Positions 28,699-38,212 of a DNA stretch of 64,000 nucleotides are shown piece by piece; position 1 is the stretch's first letter; the number at the start of each line of letters is the position of its first letter. Below the pieces are notes generated by a model. That model ran no database searches. It worked only from the letters and a program-made list of their open reading frames with translations, and was not told the origin of the DNA. Origin of the DNA: an uncultured Arcobacteraceae bacterium (GTDB taxonomy: Bacteria; Campylobacterota; Campylobacteria; Campylobacterales; Arcobacteraceae); the NCBI GenBank assembly GCA_964342525.1, contig CAYFGQ010000013.1, positions 477 to 64,476 on the forward strand, given 5' to 3'. A program made the translations under genes and the position numbers.

Positions 28699-29880
28699 TT
28701 AATTATTTTGGTTTTTTATTTTTTTAAGCCACTCATCTAGAGTCTTTTCAAAGCCAATTTGCTTAGAACTATAGATATCTAGATCTTCTTTTAGATAAGT
28801 TTGTTCTACCCAACCACCAAAATCGTGTGGATACTTATAGCCTATAGCGTTATCTTTTATATTTTGTGGTATCTCTAGTATTGTACCATTTTTTATTTGT
28901 TGTAACACTTTATTGATTGCATTATAAGAACTATTGGATTTTGGGGAGCTTGCTAAGTATATTGCACACTGTGAAAGTATGATTCTACCCTCTGGGTAGC
29001 CTATTTTTGATACGGCTGTCATAGTGCTTACTGCTATGTTTATAGCGTTAGGATTTGCATTACCTATATCTTCACTGGCAAATATCACTAATCGCCTAGC
29101 GATAAACTCTATTTGCTCACCACCATCAATTAATCTTGCTAAATAGTATAGTGCTGCATCCACATCACTACCCCTTAAAGATTTGATCATTGCACTAGCT
29201 AAATCGTAGTGGGTATCAGCTGAGCTTGTCCCATCATTTAGTGATCTATTCCTAAGAGCTTGAAGTGTTTCAAGTTTTAAATTTTCATCTGCTTTATAGG
29301 AGAAATCTATAAGATTTATCATAGCTCTAGCATCACCATTTGAGCTAGAAACTAAGTAATCTTTTACCTCTTCTTTTATGCTGATATTTAGATGTTCTTC
29401 CACATATCCAATTACTTCTCTTAGATCATCATTTGTTAATGATTTAAACTCATATAAAAAACCTCTAGATCTAATTGCAGATGTCATTGTATAAAAAGGA
29501 TTTTCTGTAGAAGCTCCAATAATAATCGCAGAATAATTTTCCATAATAGGTAATAAAACCTCTTGTTGATTCTTTGAAAGCCTATGAACTTCATCTATAA
29601 AAACCAATGGTTTCATTAAAGAGTTTTCATATTGTTTAAATACTTTTCTTAGATCTTCTACTTTAATAGTAGTGGCATTAAAATAGTAATAAGCAAAGCC
29701 AACTTCATTTGCAATAATTTTTGCTAGAGTAGTTTTCCCTGATCCCGGTTTACCGTAAAAAAATAGATGGGGTATATCTTTTTTTTTGATCAATTTATAT
29801 AGTGGTTTATCTTTACCTATAATATCTTTTTGACCAATAAATCTATCTAATGATGTTGGTCTTAGTAAGTTAGCAAGCAT
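28699..29880 (-). CDS. rarA: Replication-associated recombination protein A (AAA+ ATPase)
   Basis: FYGKPGSGKTTLA, VFIDEVHRLSK and a C-terminal MgsA domain (..HYDLASAMIKSLRGSD..ALYYLARL..) are present. Confidence 0.9.
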   Translation of the reverse strand: MLANLLRPTSLDRFIGQKDIIGKDKPLYKLIKKKDIPHLFFYGKPGSGKTTLAKIIANEVGFAYYYFNATTIKVEDLRKVFKQYENSLMKPLVFIDEVHRLSKNQQEVLLPIMENYSAIIIGASTENPFYTMTSAIRSRGFLYEFKSLTNDDLREVIGYVEEHLNISIKEEVKDYLVSSSNGDARAMINLIDFSYKADENLKLETLQALRNRSLNDGTSSADTHYDLASAMIKSLRGSDVDAALYYLARLIDGGEQIEFIARRLVIFASEDIGNANPNAINIAVSTMTAVSKIGYPEGRIILSQCAIYLASSPKSNSSYNAINKVLQQIKNGTILEIPQNIKDNAIGYKYPHDFGGWVEQTYLKEDLDIYSSKQIGFEKTLDEWLKKIKNQNN

Positions 29881-29934
29881 AAATTTTCTATAACCTTTTT
29901 TCGATATAATTTATCACTGTTAGAAGGCGATAAT

Positions 29935-31362
29935 ATGATAAATAGACTTAAATCTTGGTTTGATATAAAAAAGGTATATGTGCTTATTTTTGCCACCTTA
30001 GCTTTTTGGTCTATCTTTGCTTATGGTACTATGTCTCAATTGATTAAGAGTCAAGAGGTATATGCAAAATTAATTAATATTAGTGGTAAACAAAGAATGC
30101 TTTCACAAAAAACCACTCTATTTGCAAAAAGATATTTCGAATCTAAAAATCTAGATATAAAAACACATCTTAAAGATTTAATTGATCTAATGAAAAAGGA
30201 TCATGATTTTATGATCTCTAGTTTATCTTCTAAAAAAACAAAAGATATATATTTTTCTGATAAGTTTTTTTTGGATAAAAAAGTGAAGGCTTATTTTGTA
30301 CTTTTAGATAAATTTTATACAAATCCAAATATTTCTGTTCTTAAAGCTATTGAAGAATATTCTTTTAAATTATTACCACAACTTAATCATGCAGTAAATA
30401 CTTTTGAAAATGAGAGTAATGAGAAAACTGCTGATTTAAAACATAGACAATTTTTAATATTACTTGGTACCCTTATAACTTTACTTTTAGAGGCTTTATT
30501 TATTGTTATTCCATCTATTAGATATGCACAGAATAAAGAAAAAGAACTAGAAGAATTAAATAGATCATTACAAGAAAAGATTGATTATGAGATTGATCTT
30601 GTAAGAAAAAAAGATCAAATGATTTTACATCAAGCAAAAATGGCTTCTTTGGGTGAGATGTTGGAAAATATTGCCCATCAGTGGAGACAGCCCTTATCTG
30701 TTATTACTACATCAGCTACAGGTATAAAGTTAAAACAAGAGTATAATCTACTTGAAAAAGAGGATTTAGAAAAGTTTATTGATAAGATTGTTAGTAGCTC
30801 AAACTTTTTATCTGATACTATCGATGATTTTAGAAGTTTTTTTACAAAAGATAAAGTTATTGAAGAGTTTGATATAAAGAATGTATATAATAAATCTATA
30901 CAATTAGTATCTTCAAAACTTAAAAATAGAAATATAATATTGCTTGACGAGATAGATGATATTAAGCTTTTTGGTTATGAAAATGAACTAGTTCAAGTAC
31001 TATTAAATCTATTTTCAAATGCTAAAGATATCTTAGAAAAAGTGGATCAAGAAGATAGGTATATCTTTACTAAGATTTATGAATATACTGATGATAAAGT
31101 GATTATTGAGATCCAAGATAGTGGTGGTGGAGTTGCTGATGATATTATCGAGAAAATATTTGAGCCATATTTTACTACAAAACATCAATCTCAAGGTACC
31201 GGTATTGGTTTATTTATGTCAAGTGAAATGGTTGTAAAACATATGGATGGATCAATAGCTGTTGAAAATAGAAATTTTACAGTTAAAGATAAAGAATATT
31301 TCGGAGCAGTGTTTTCTATCACTTTACCAAAGAAGATTGATAAAGTGATAAGTAAAGATTAG
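29935..31362 (+). CDS. Sensor histidine kinase with a PilJ/NarX-like periplasmic domain (no adjacent regulator)
   Basis: A P-box-like ISGKQRMLSQK lies between two TM segments. The H-box is NIAHQWRQPL, and the HATPase N/G boxes are NLFSNAKD and GTGIGL. Confidence 0.85.
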   Translation: MINRLKSWFDIKKVYVLIFATLAFWSIFAYGTMSQLIKSQEVYAKLINISGKQRMLSQKTTLFAKRYFESKNLDIKTHLKDLIDLMKKDHDFMISSLSSKKTKDIYFSDKFFLDKKVKAYFVLLDKFYTNPNISVLKAIEEYSFKLLPQLNHAVNTFENESNEKTADLKHRQFLILLGTLITLLLEALFIVIPSIRYAQNKEKELEELNRSLQEKIDYEIDLVRKKDQMILHQAKMASLGEMLENIAHQWRQPLSVITTSATGIKLKQEYNLLEKEDLEKFIDKIVSSSNFLSDTIDDFRSFFTKDKVIEEFDIKNVYNKSIQLVSSKLKNRNIILLDEIDDIKLFGYENELVQVLLNLFSNAKDILEKVDQEDRYIFTKIYEYTDDKVIIEIQDSGGGVADDIIEKIFEPYFTTKHQSQGTGIGLFMSSEMVVKHMDGSIAVENRNFTVKDKEYFGAVFSITLPKKIDKVISKD

Positions 31363-32168
31363 TCTTCTTTTGCTAATTCTTTAATATAAGATCTTAGATT
31401 TCTATACTCATCACGAGATAAGAATCTATTTTTCCCAGTTGGAAGATTATTTAGTGAAATTCCACCAAATTCAATTCTTTTAAGATCAAGTACATCCGCA
31501 CCAAAATGTCCAAAGAATCTTCTTAATTCTCTATTTTGTCCCTCAGAGATTGCCACTTTTAATTTAGAGTAGTTTTTATCATTTTTTTGTATTTGATATC
31601 CTATAAAAGGAGCAAATTTCATACTAGTAATTTTAGAGTTCTTATGTGCCCCTATTTTTGCATTTGATACTTCGATACCTTGTTCCATTGCTTCTATCAT
31701 AACTTTAGTTATAGGGCCATTTATTTTGATTCTATATACCCTTTCTAGATCTGAGTGCATAAGTGCATTTGTGATCTCTACTGAGTCAGATAAAAGTAGT
31801 ACACCCTCACTAGCATAGTCAAGTCTACCTATTGGCATAAAGTGTGCAAATTTTTTACCTAAAGTATCATAGATAGTTCTTCTGCCTTGAGGGTCTTTTT
31901 TAGTTACAAGTTCACCTTTTGGTTTATTGTAAACTATTACTGTTGGTATTTTATTATCTTCAACCCAGATATCTTTTTTACCATCAATTGAAACCTTATC
32001 TGCTTTTGGAGTTACTTTCATACCTGCATCTTCAACAGGATTTCCATTTACAGTAACTCTACCATCTAAGATAAGTTGGTCAGCTTCTCTTCTACTATAT
32101 TTTGTATTGTGAGAGATAAACTTATTTAATCTTACTGGTTCTATCTCTTTTTCTTCATATCTATCCAT
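31359..32168 (-). CDS. rluB: Pseudouridine synthase, RsuA/RluB family
   Basis: An S4 domain (RLNKFISHNTKYSRREADQLI) and the catalytic GRLDYASEGVLLLSD are present. Confidence 0.82.
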   Translation of the reverse strand: MDRYEEKEIEPVRLNKFISHNTKYSRREADQLILDGRVTVNGNPVEDAGMKVTPKADKVSIDGKKDIWVEDNKIPTVIVYNKPKGELVTKKDPQGRRTIYDTLGKKFAHFMPIGRLDYASEGVLLLSDSVEITNALMHSDLERVYRIKINGPITKVMIEAMEQGIEVSNAKIGAHKNSKITSMKFAPFIGYQIQKNDKNYSKLKVAISEGQNRELRRFFGHFGADVLDLKRIEFGGISLNNLPTGKNRFLSRDEYRNLRSYIKELAKED

Positions 32169-32180
32169 AAGGATTCCTTT

Positions 32181-33143
32181 TTATTTTATTCCAGCTTCTA
32201 TTAGATCATGAATATGTATCACACCATTTAGTTTACCATCTTCATCTGTTAATAGTAGTAGTTGTATTTTATAGTTCTCAATAATCTCTAAAGCATCACT
32301 TGCTAAAAGATTAGAGTTATTGATCTGTTTTGGATTTTTTGTAGCAATATCTAGAGCTAAACAATCCATAGAAAAATCATCTTTCATTAAAGCACGTCTA
32401 AGATCTCCATCACTTAATACGGCTAGTACTTTGTTCTCTTCATCGGTAATAATTACATTTCCAAGTCTACCCTCACTCATAACTACAATAGCATCTTTTA
32501 AAGATGTTTCACGGGAAACAATTGGTAGATTATCTTTTTTCATTAGATCAGATACTTTTACAAATAGTTTTTTACCTAAACTCCCACCAGGATGAAAAGA
32601 TGCAAAATCCTCTTTTTTAAACTCCCTTTTATACATCAAACAAACAGCCAAAGCATCACCTAAAGCCATTGTAAGTGTTGTGGATGATGTTGGAGCTACA
32701 TTTAGTGGACAAGCCTCTTTTGTAACTGTTATATTGATAAATATATCACTATAGTTTGCTAGATTAGAATTTTCATTACTTGCCATAGAGATAAGAGGTA
32801 TATCAAATCTTTTTAAGTGTGGAAGTATTTGGATAAGTTCTTCACTTTCACCACTATAACTAATAGCTAAAACAATATCATCTTTTCCAATCATACCAAG
32901 ATCACCATGCATAGCTTCTGTTGGGTGTAGGAAAAATGAACTTGTACCTGTACTTGCCATTGTAGCTGCTATTTTTGATCCCACAAGACCAGATTTACCC
33001 ACACCTGTAATGATAAGTTTACCTTTACAATTTACGATAAGTTCTACAGCTTTTTCCATGGCATCTGATACATTATTTGCTGCAAGTTCTAACTCTTTTG
33101 CTTCAGTTAGTAATACATCTTTTGTGATATCTCTAAAGTTCAT
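32181..33143 (-). CDS. kdsD: Arabinose-5-phosphate isomerase (KdsD/KpsF; SIS + 2 CBS domains)
   Basis: The SIS motif ITGVGKSG and tandem C-terminal CBS domains are present. Confidence 0.88.
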   Translation of the reverse strand: MNFRDITKDVLLTEAKELELAANNVSDAMEKAVELIVNCKGKLIITGVGKSGLVGSKIAATMASTGTSSFFLHPTEAMHGDLGMIGKDDIVLAISYSGESEELIQILPHLKRFDIPLISMASNENSNLANYSDIFINITVTKEACPLNVAPTSSTTLTMALGDALAVCLMYKREFKKEDFASFHPGGSLGKKLFVKVSDLMKKDNLPIVSRETSLKDAIVVMSEGRLGNVIITDEENKVLAVLSDGDLRRALMKDDFSMDCLALDIATKNPKQINNSNLLASDALEIIENYKIQLLLLTDEDGKLNGVIHIHDLIEAGIK

Positions 33144-33230
33144 TTAGATCCTTTTGGTAGTTCTATTTATATATATTTTATTTATTAAATTGAAAGAATA
33201 AGTATAGCGGGTTTTATAGTAGTAAATGAT

Positions 33231-33253
33231 AAAAAGACAAGGAAACCTTGTCT
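33231..33253 (-). terminator. Rho-independent terminator of the RNase J gene
   Basis: AGACAAGG-AAA-CCTTGTCT forms an 8-bp stem flanked by A5/T6 runs, 5 nt after the stop codon. Confidence 0.7.
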
Positions 33254-33258
33254 TTTTT

Positions 33259-35208
33259 CTATTGTACAAATAGTGTTGGTACAATCATTGGATATTTTTT
33301 GTATTTCCTTAGGCAGTGTTTTCTTACTACTTTTCTAATCTCATCTTCTAGAGCTCTATTGTTTTTAAGTACACCTGGTTTTACATTTGCTAAGAAAGTT
33401 GATAATAGATCTTCAATCTCTTTTGAGAATGCTTTATCTTGTTTATCAGGAACTAAACCAAATGCTTTTACTTGTGGTCTACCCTCAATTGTTCTATCAC
33501 TCTCATTTACTTGAGCTACGATCATAACAACACCTTCATTTGCCATTGTTTGTCTATCAAGTACAACATCATCAGAGATTTTGTGATTTAACATATTATC
33601 AACAAATACTTTTCCAGTTTTAACTGATTTTACTTTTTTAAGATATTTAGGAGTAAGTTCAATTTGTTCTCCATCAGTTAATACATGAATATTTCTCTCA
33701 AATACACCACAATCGATAGCTGTTCTTTTATGTCTTTCAACATGATTGTATTCACCGTGAACTGGTAAGAAGAATTTAGGCTTAGCAAGTCTAAGCATAA
33801 GTTTTTGCTCCTCTTGTGCTGCGTGTCCTGATACGTGAATCTCTGAGAAGTTTTGGTATGCAACATCAGCACCAGCTTTTAATAAGTGATTGATGATACC
33901 AGATACACTTCCTTCATTTCCTGGAATTGCTTTTGCAGATAATACAATTTGATCACCTGGCTTGATTTTGATATGTCTATGCTCATGAATTGACATTCTA
34001 TATAGTGCAGACATTGGCTCACCTTGAGAACCAGTTGTTACGATTAAAATCTCTTTATCATTAAATTTATTTACTTCGTGTGGATCGATAAATTTATCTT
34101 TTGGAAATTTGATATATCCAAGATTCATAGCATTATCAAGATTTTTCTCCATTGATCTACCAATAACACAAATCTTTCTTCCATATTTTAATCCATGCTC
34201 AATAGCTTGTGCTACTCTATGAATGTTTGATGAGAAAGTAGACATGATAACTCTACCCTTAGCTTTTGAGAAAATATTATCAAAAGTTGGCCCTACTGTT
34301 TTTTCAGATTTTGTAAATCCTGCTGAGTGAGAGTTTGTAGAATCACTTAAAAGACAAAGTACACCTTTTTCTCCATAGTAAGCAATTCTATGTAAATCTG
34401 TTGGATAATCATCAATAGGAGTATGATCTATTTTAAAGTCACCTGTATGTAAAATTACACCTGCATCTGTTTTAATCGCTAAAGCTGATGCATCAATAAT
34501 AGAGTGAGTGATATGCATCCACTCAACTTCAAAATCACCAATCTTAATAGGAGTTCTTTTTTGAATAGCTCTTAAATATGATCTATGTTCGATCATTTTA
34601 TGCTCATCAAATTTTGATCCAATCATCTCTAAAGGAAGTGCCGATCCATATACTGGAAATTGCATCTCTTTAAATAAATAAGCCATAGCACCAATATGAT
34701 CTTCATGTCCGTGAGTGATAACAATACCAGCGATTTTATTTCTAATCTCTCTAATATATGAAAAATCAGGGATAAGGATATCTACACCATGCATATTATC
34801 ATCTGGGAAACTCATACCAACATCTACAAGGATTGCTGAGTTATCAGTTTCGATAACCATAATGTTTCCACCAATTTCACCTAATCCACCAAGTGGAGTG
34901 ATTTTCACTTTACATGTAGAGTTTAGATTTAATTTATTGTGTGGATTTAATCTATCTTTTTGAATTTTTTCATTTATTTGAAACGATTTTTTTAGATCAG
35001 TAACCCAACCTTTACCTGAAGTTGGACCCTTTCTTTGTTTAGGGTTATTGTTTCTTCTTCTATTGTTATTGTTTCTTGGTCTGTTATTTGGTTTGTTTTG
35101 TTTATTTGAAGTTTCGTTTTCACTTTTAACTTCTTCGTTTTTAATTTCAGTTTTTCTTGTAGATTCTTTTTTAACTACTTCTGCTGTTGCCGCTTGTGTC
35201 TCTTCCAT
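33259..35208 (-). CDS. rnj: Ribonuclease J with a basic low-complexity N-terminal extension
   Basis: The metallo-beta-lactamase motif ITHGHEDHIG and the beta-CASP and C-terminal domains are present. The first ~95 aa are K/N/R-rich (NNRPRNNNNRRRNNNPKQRK). Confidence 0.92.
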   Translation of the reverse strand: MEETQAATAEVVKKESTRKTEIKNEEVKSENETSNKQNKPNNRPRNNNNRRRNNNPKQRKGPTSGKGWVTDLKKSFQINEKIQKDRLNPHNKLNLNSTCKVKITPLGGLGEIGGNIMVIETDNSAILVDVGMSFPDDNMHGVDILIPDFSYIREIRNKIAGIVITHGHEDHIGAMAYLFKEMQFPVYGSALPLEMIGSKFDEHKMIEHRSYLRAIQKRTPIKIGDFEVEWMHITHSIIDASALAIKTDAGVILHTGDFKIDHTPIDDYPTDLHRIAYYGEKGVLCLLSDSTNSHSAGFTKSEKTVGPTFDNIFSKAKGRVIMSTFSSNIHRVAQAIEHGLKYGRKICVIGRSMEKNLDNAMNLGYIKFPKDKFIDPHEVNKFNDKEILIVTTGSQGEPMSALYRMSIHEHRHIKIKPGDQIVLSAKAIPGNEGSVSGIINHLLKAGADVAYQNFSEIHVSGHAAQEEQKLMLRLAKPKFFLPVHGEYNHVERHKRTAIDCGVFERNIHVLTDGEQIELTPKYLKKVKSVKTGKVFVDNMLNHKISDDVVLDRQTMANEGVVMIVAQVNESDRTIEGRPQVKAFGLVPDKQDKAFSKEIEDLLSTFLANVKPGVLKNNRALEDEIRKVVRKHCLRKYKKYPMIVPTLFVQ

Positions 35209-35986
35209 TAATTTTTACCCTTTCGTATAGAAGGTTATACAAAGAGGAATCTAACTCATGAGGTCTAATTGTTTCTTTTATTTCTAGTTGCTCAAATATA
35301 GAAGATAAAACTTTTTTATCATATTTTGATGATAGATTTTTTTTCAGCATTTTTCTAGGTTGTGAAAAACAGGCTTTTAAAAAATTCTTGAAATCATCAT
35401 CTAATGATTTGTTCATATCTTTTTTAATAAAAAGAATTGATGAAGTTACTTTTGGGGGTGGATCAAATGATTCTGGAGGTACATCAAATAAAACTTTTGT
35501 TTCACGTGAAACCAGATCGGCAATAACAGCAAGAGATGAATAGTTTTTATTCATTGGCTCTGCTGCAAACTTCTCTGCAACCTCTTTTTGAATCATTACT
35601 AATATCGATTCACAATTAGTATCTTCAATAGCTCTTAATATTATATTTGTAGCTATATAATATGGTAAGTTTGCAATTAGATCATATTTACCATCATATA
35701 AACTATTTTGATGATCCCATTTCTCTAGCACGTCACCTAGAACTATAGAAAGGTTTTCATCTTTTATTTGATCTGCAAATTGCTCTTGCAATATTTCATA
35801 CAGATCAGTATCTACCTCATAAGCAGTTACCTTATTGTACTTGACTAAATGTTTTGTCAAATCACCTAAGCCAGGCCCAATCTCTACAACATGATTGTCG
35901 TTGTTGGGAATCGCTTCGATGATCCTATGAACTACGTGTTCATCTTTTAAAAAGTTTTGTCCAAATTTCTTTTTTGCTATAACCAT
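35171..35986 (-). CDS. rsmA: 16S rRNA (adenine1518/1519-N6)-dimethyltransferase
   Basis: KKFGQNFL, the SAM motif VEIGPGLGDLT and NLPYYI are present. The 3' end overlaps the rnj start by 38 nt. Confidence 0.92.
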   Translation of the reverse strand: MVIAKKKFGQNFLKDEHVVHRIIEAIPNNDNHVVEIGPGLGDLTKHLVKYNKVTAYEVDTDLYEILQEQFADQIKDENLSIVLGDVLEKWDHQNSLYDGKYDLIANLPYYIATNIILRAIEDTNCESILVMIQKEVAEKFAAEPMNKNYSSLAVIADLVSRETKVLFDVPPESFDPPPKVTSSILFIKKDMNKSLDDDFKNFLKACFSQPRKMLKKNLSSKYDKKVLSSIFEQLEIKETIRPHELDSSLYNLLYERVKINGRDTSGNSRSS

Positions 35987-36042
35987 AAGAACATAGATTA
36001 TATATGATATTAACTTAGTATTTGATAAGATTTCACAAAATA

Positions 36043-36070
36043 GTGAATAATGAATAGTGAATAGTGAATA
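36043..36070. repeat. Four tandem heptamers (GTGAATA/ATGAATA) that create three DnaA-box-like 9-mers
   Basis: The array reads GTGAATA ATGAATA GTGAATA GTGAATA. AGTGAATAA occurs at 36042-36050 and 36063-36071, identical to the box at 16584-16592. The array lies in the rsmA/hisF divergent promoter region. Confidence 0.8.
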
Positions 36071-36133
36071 ATTGGTAATACTTTAACTAATATTTTTTAT
36101 TTTATATATATTATTTTTTAGGAATAAAAATCA

Positions 36134-36898
36134 ATGAGTTATTTTGCAAAAAGAATAATTCCATGTTTAGATGTGGATAATGGTAGAGTTGTTAAGGGTG
36201 TAAATTTTGTTGGATTGCGTGATGCGGGTGATCCTGTAGAAGTTGCAAAAAGATACAATAATGAAGGTGCCGATGAGATCACTTTTTTAGATATTGGTGC
36301 ATCCCATGAAGGTAGAGATACTATTGTTGATGTGGTAAAAAAAGTAGCTGAGCAAGTATTTATTCCACTAACAGTTGGTGGTGGGATTAGAAAGCTTGAA
36401 GATATCTACAATTTACTTAACGTAGGGTGCGATAAGGTTAGTATAAATTCTAGTGCCGTTGTAAATCCAGATTTTATCAATCAAGGTGCTAAAAGATTTG
36501 GATCTCAATGTATCGTTGTAGCGATAGATGTAAAAAAAGTAGCTGATGGATCATATCACGTTTTTGTTAAAGGTGGTAGAGAAGATACAGGACTTGATGC
36601 AGTTGAGTGGGCAAAGGAAGTTTATAGTCGTGGAGCTGGTGAAATACTTCTAACATCTATGGATACAGATGGAGCAAAAACTGGGTTTGAGCTTGATATC
36701 ACTTCACAAATTTCATCTGTAGTTGATATACCTGTTATTGCAAGTGGTGGAGCAGGAACTATGGAGCACATGAAAGATGCATTTACAAAAGGTGGTGCAG
36801 AAGCTGCACTTGCTGCTTCAATTTTCCACTTTAAAGAGATAGATATCATGGATCTAAAAAGATATCTTGATAAGAATGGAATTCCTGTAAGATTATAA
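36134..36898 (+). CDS. hisF: Imidazole glycerol phosphate synthase cyclase subunit
   Basis: [19 protein letters not shown] and SGGAG are present, and the protein is full length at 254 aa. Confidence 0.95.
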   Translation: MSYFAKRIIPCLDVDNGRVVKGVNFVGLRDAGDPVEVAKRYNNEGADEITFLDIGASHEGRDTIVDVVKKVAEQVFIPLTVGGGIRKLEDIYNLLNVGCDKVSINSSAVVNPDFINQGAKRFGSQCIVVAIDVKKVADGSYHVFVKGGREDTGLDAVEWAKEVYSRGAGEILLTSMDTDGAKTGFELDITSQISSVVDIPVIASGGAGTMEHMKDAFTKGGAEAALAASIFHFKEIDIMDLKRYLDKNGIPVRL

Positions 36899-37313
36899 TT
36901 CATATTTTAATTTAAAAATTTATTTATAGATCTTATTTAGAGTAGTTAAATAAAATATTTTTCTACTCTAGATTTTGAATCTTTCAACTTTAATATGTAG
37001 AAAGATTTTATAATTTTTTCATCAAAATTTATTCAAATATTTGTACTACCCTACTTCTTAATTTAAAGTCCATATTCTCCTCTTTAATAAAGTGTTTTAT
37101 TTTATATTTTCCTATTAAAAGCTTATTAAACTTAGATATCTAGATTTTCATATAAAGTAGATAAAGATAAAAACAACTAGATATAAATTACTTTTTATTT
37201 ATTAAAATCTTTAAAGAAAATTTATATGTAAAGCTACAGAATTTAAGTTAGCCACCTATAATCTAATTTTGATATAATTCAAACATATAAAAATCTAAAT
37301 TTTAGGAGTACAA

Positions 37314-37853
37314 ATGATACTTTGTGCAGGTAGAAATGAAACTTTTTCTTTTGCTCACCCAATTGGTGTAGGACTAATAGAAACAGCAATAAATTTAACT
37401 AGAGTATGTTTATTTGATAAACCAGACTTTTTACTTTTTATAGGTACGGCAGGATCATATACAAAAGATTTAAAACCTTTTGATATAGTTGAGTCAGCTA
37501 CATCATCAAATATTGAACTATCTTTTTTCAATAATGACTCATACACTCCCCTTGATAATGTTTTAAATTCACAGACAAAAATGGTGGAAAATCAGACAAT
37601 TGTAAACTCATCAAATTATATATCTACAAATTTTGATCTTACACAAAACTATTTAAAACATAATATCAAAATAGAAAATATGGAGTTTTATTCTTTACTT
37701 CAAGTGGCTAAAGAGTTTGATATTGAGATTGGTGGTATTTTTATCATTACTAATTATACGGATGAAAATGCACATGATGACTTTATGAAAAATCATAAAG
37801 AAGCAATGAGTAGATTGACTCAGTATTTAGTTGAGAAGAAGATAATTAAGTGA
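37314..37853 (+). CDS. Nucleoside phosphorylase-I family protein (MTAN / futalosine hydrolase-like)
   Basis: The 179-aa protein has ..GVGLIETA.. and ..FIGTAGSY.., which resemble the PNP_UDP_1 fold. The assignment is weak. Confidence 0.4.
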   Translation: MILCAGRNETFSFAHPIGVGLIETAINLTRVCLFDKPDFLLFIGTAGSYTKDLKPFDIVESATSSNIELSFFNNDSYTPLDNVLNSQTKMVENQTIVNSSNYISTNFDLTQNYLKHNIKIENMEFYSLLQVAKEFDIEIGGIFIITNYTDENAHDDFMKNHKEAMSRLTQYLVEKKIIK

Positions 37854-37856
37854 TTT

Positions 37857-38210
37857 GGTTAGTAGGTTAGTAGGTTTTGGGCGAGCTTTTTAGCTTAGGT
37901 CATTAGATAAATACTAATATAGCAATATTAATTACTTATTAACCAAAATGTTTCACATGAAACAGTTACAATAAATACAATTATTATATAGTGGTATGAT
38001 TTCTTCTATTGAAATAATCTGTATATTTTTTTAATGGAAGCTTATTTCAATAAAAGAAATAAATTTTATTGTATTAAACGATAGTTTTATTGTTGTGGCT
38101 TTTGTTCTTTTGCTAGTAGAAATTTTGCAAGAGTAAAATTGCATTAAGCCGTAAGGCAACCTACTAACTTATTAACCTACCAACCAGAATGTTTCACATG
38201 AAACATTCTG
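37857..38210. repeat. Intergenic element rich in inverted and direct repeats
   Basis: GGTTAGTAGGTTAGTAGGTT (37857-37876) is imperfectly inverted at 38158-38185. A 19-bp hairpin with one mismatch spans 37999-38017/38042-38060. TGTTTCACATGAAACA occurs twice (37949-37964 and 38191-38206). No ORF reaches 60 aa. Confidence 0.6.
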
Positions 38211-38212
38211 TC

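Noticed and set aside
33248-33514. Plus-strand 88-aa ORF, and similar short antisense ORFs at 2101..2298, 2814..2999, 6086..6322, 12974..13231, 13600..13857, 15590..15784, 32320..32595, 34715..34963, 35048..35230, 36622..36903, 38868..39113, 39267..39518, 51029..51349, 53264..53497, 55146..55448 and 56563..56775
   Set aside because: All are nested antisense within longer ORFs that carry clear family motifs. They are treated as non-coding shadow frames.
36899-37313. 415-bp AT-rich spacer after hisF with an 8-bp stem (36938-36945/36963-36970)
   Set aside because: The 17-nt loop and weak stem make it a poor terminator call, and I found no other structure or coding signal.
37949-38206. TGTTTCA/TGAAACA halves of the duplicated palindrome match the reported H. 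pylori HP1021 box TGTT[TA]C[TA]
   Set aside because: With this base composition I estimate roughly 60 chance matches to that degenerate 7-mer in 64 kb on both strands. The match alone is therefore not evidence. I kept it only as a repeat/hairpin observation.
37857-38210. Possible CRISPR array, given the short repeats in a non-coding spacer
   Set aside because: Only two copies of the 16-nt palindrome are present, about 240 bp apart. There is no regular repeat-spacer periodicity and no cas genes in the window.
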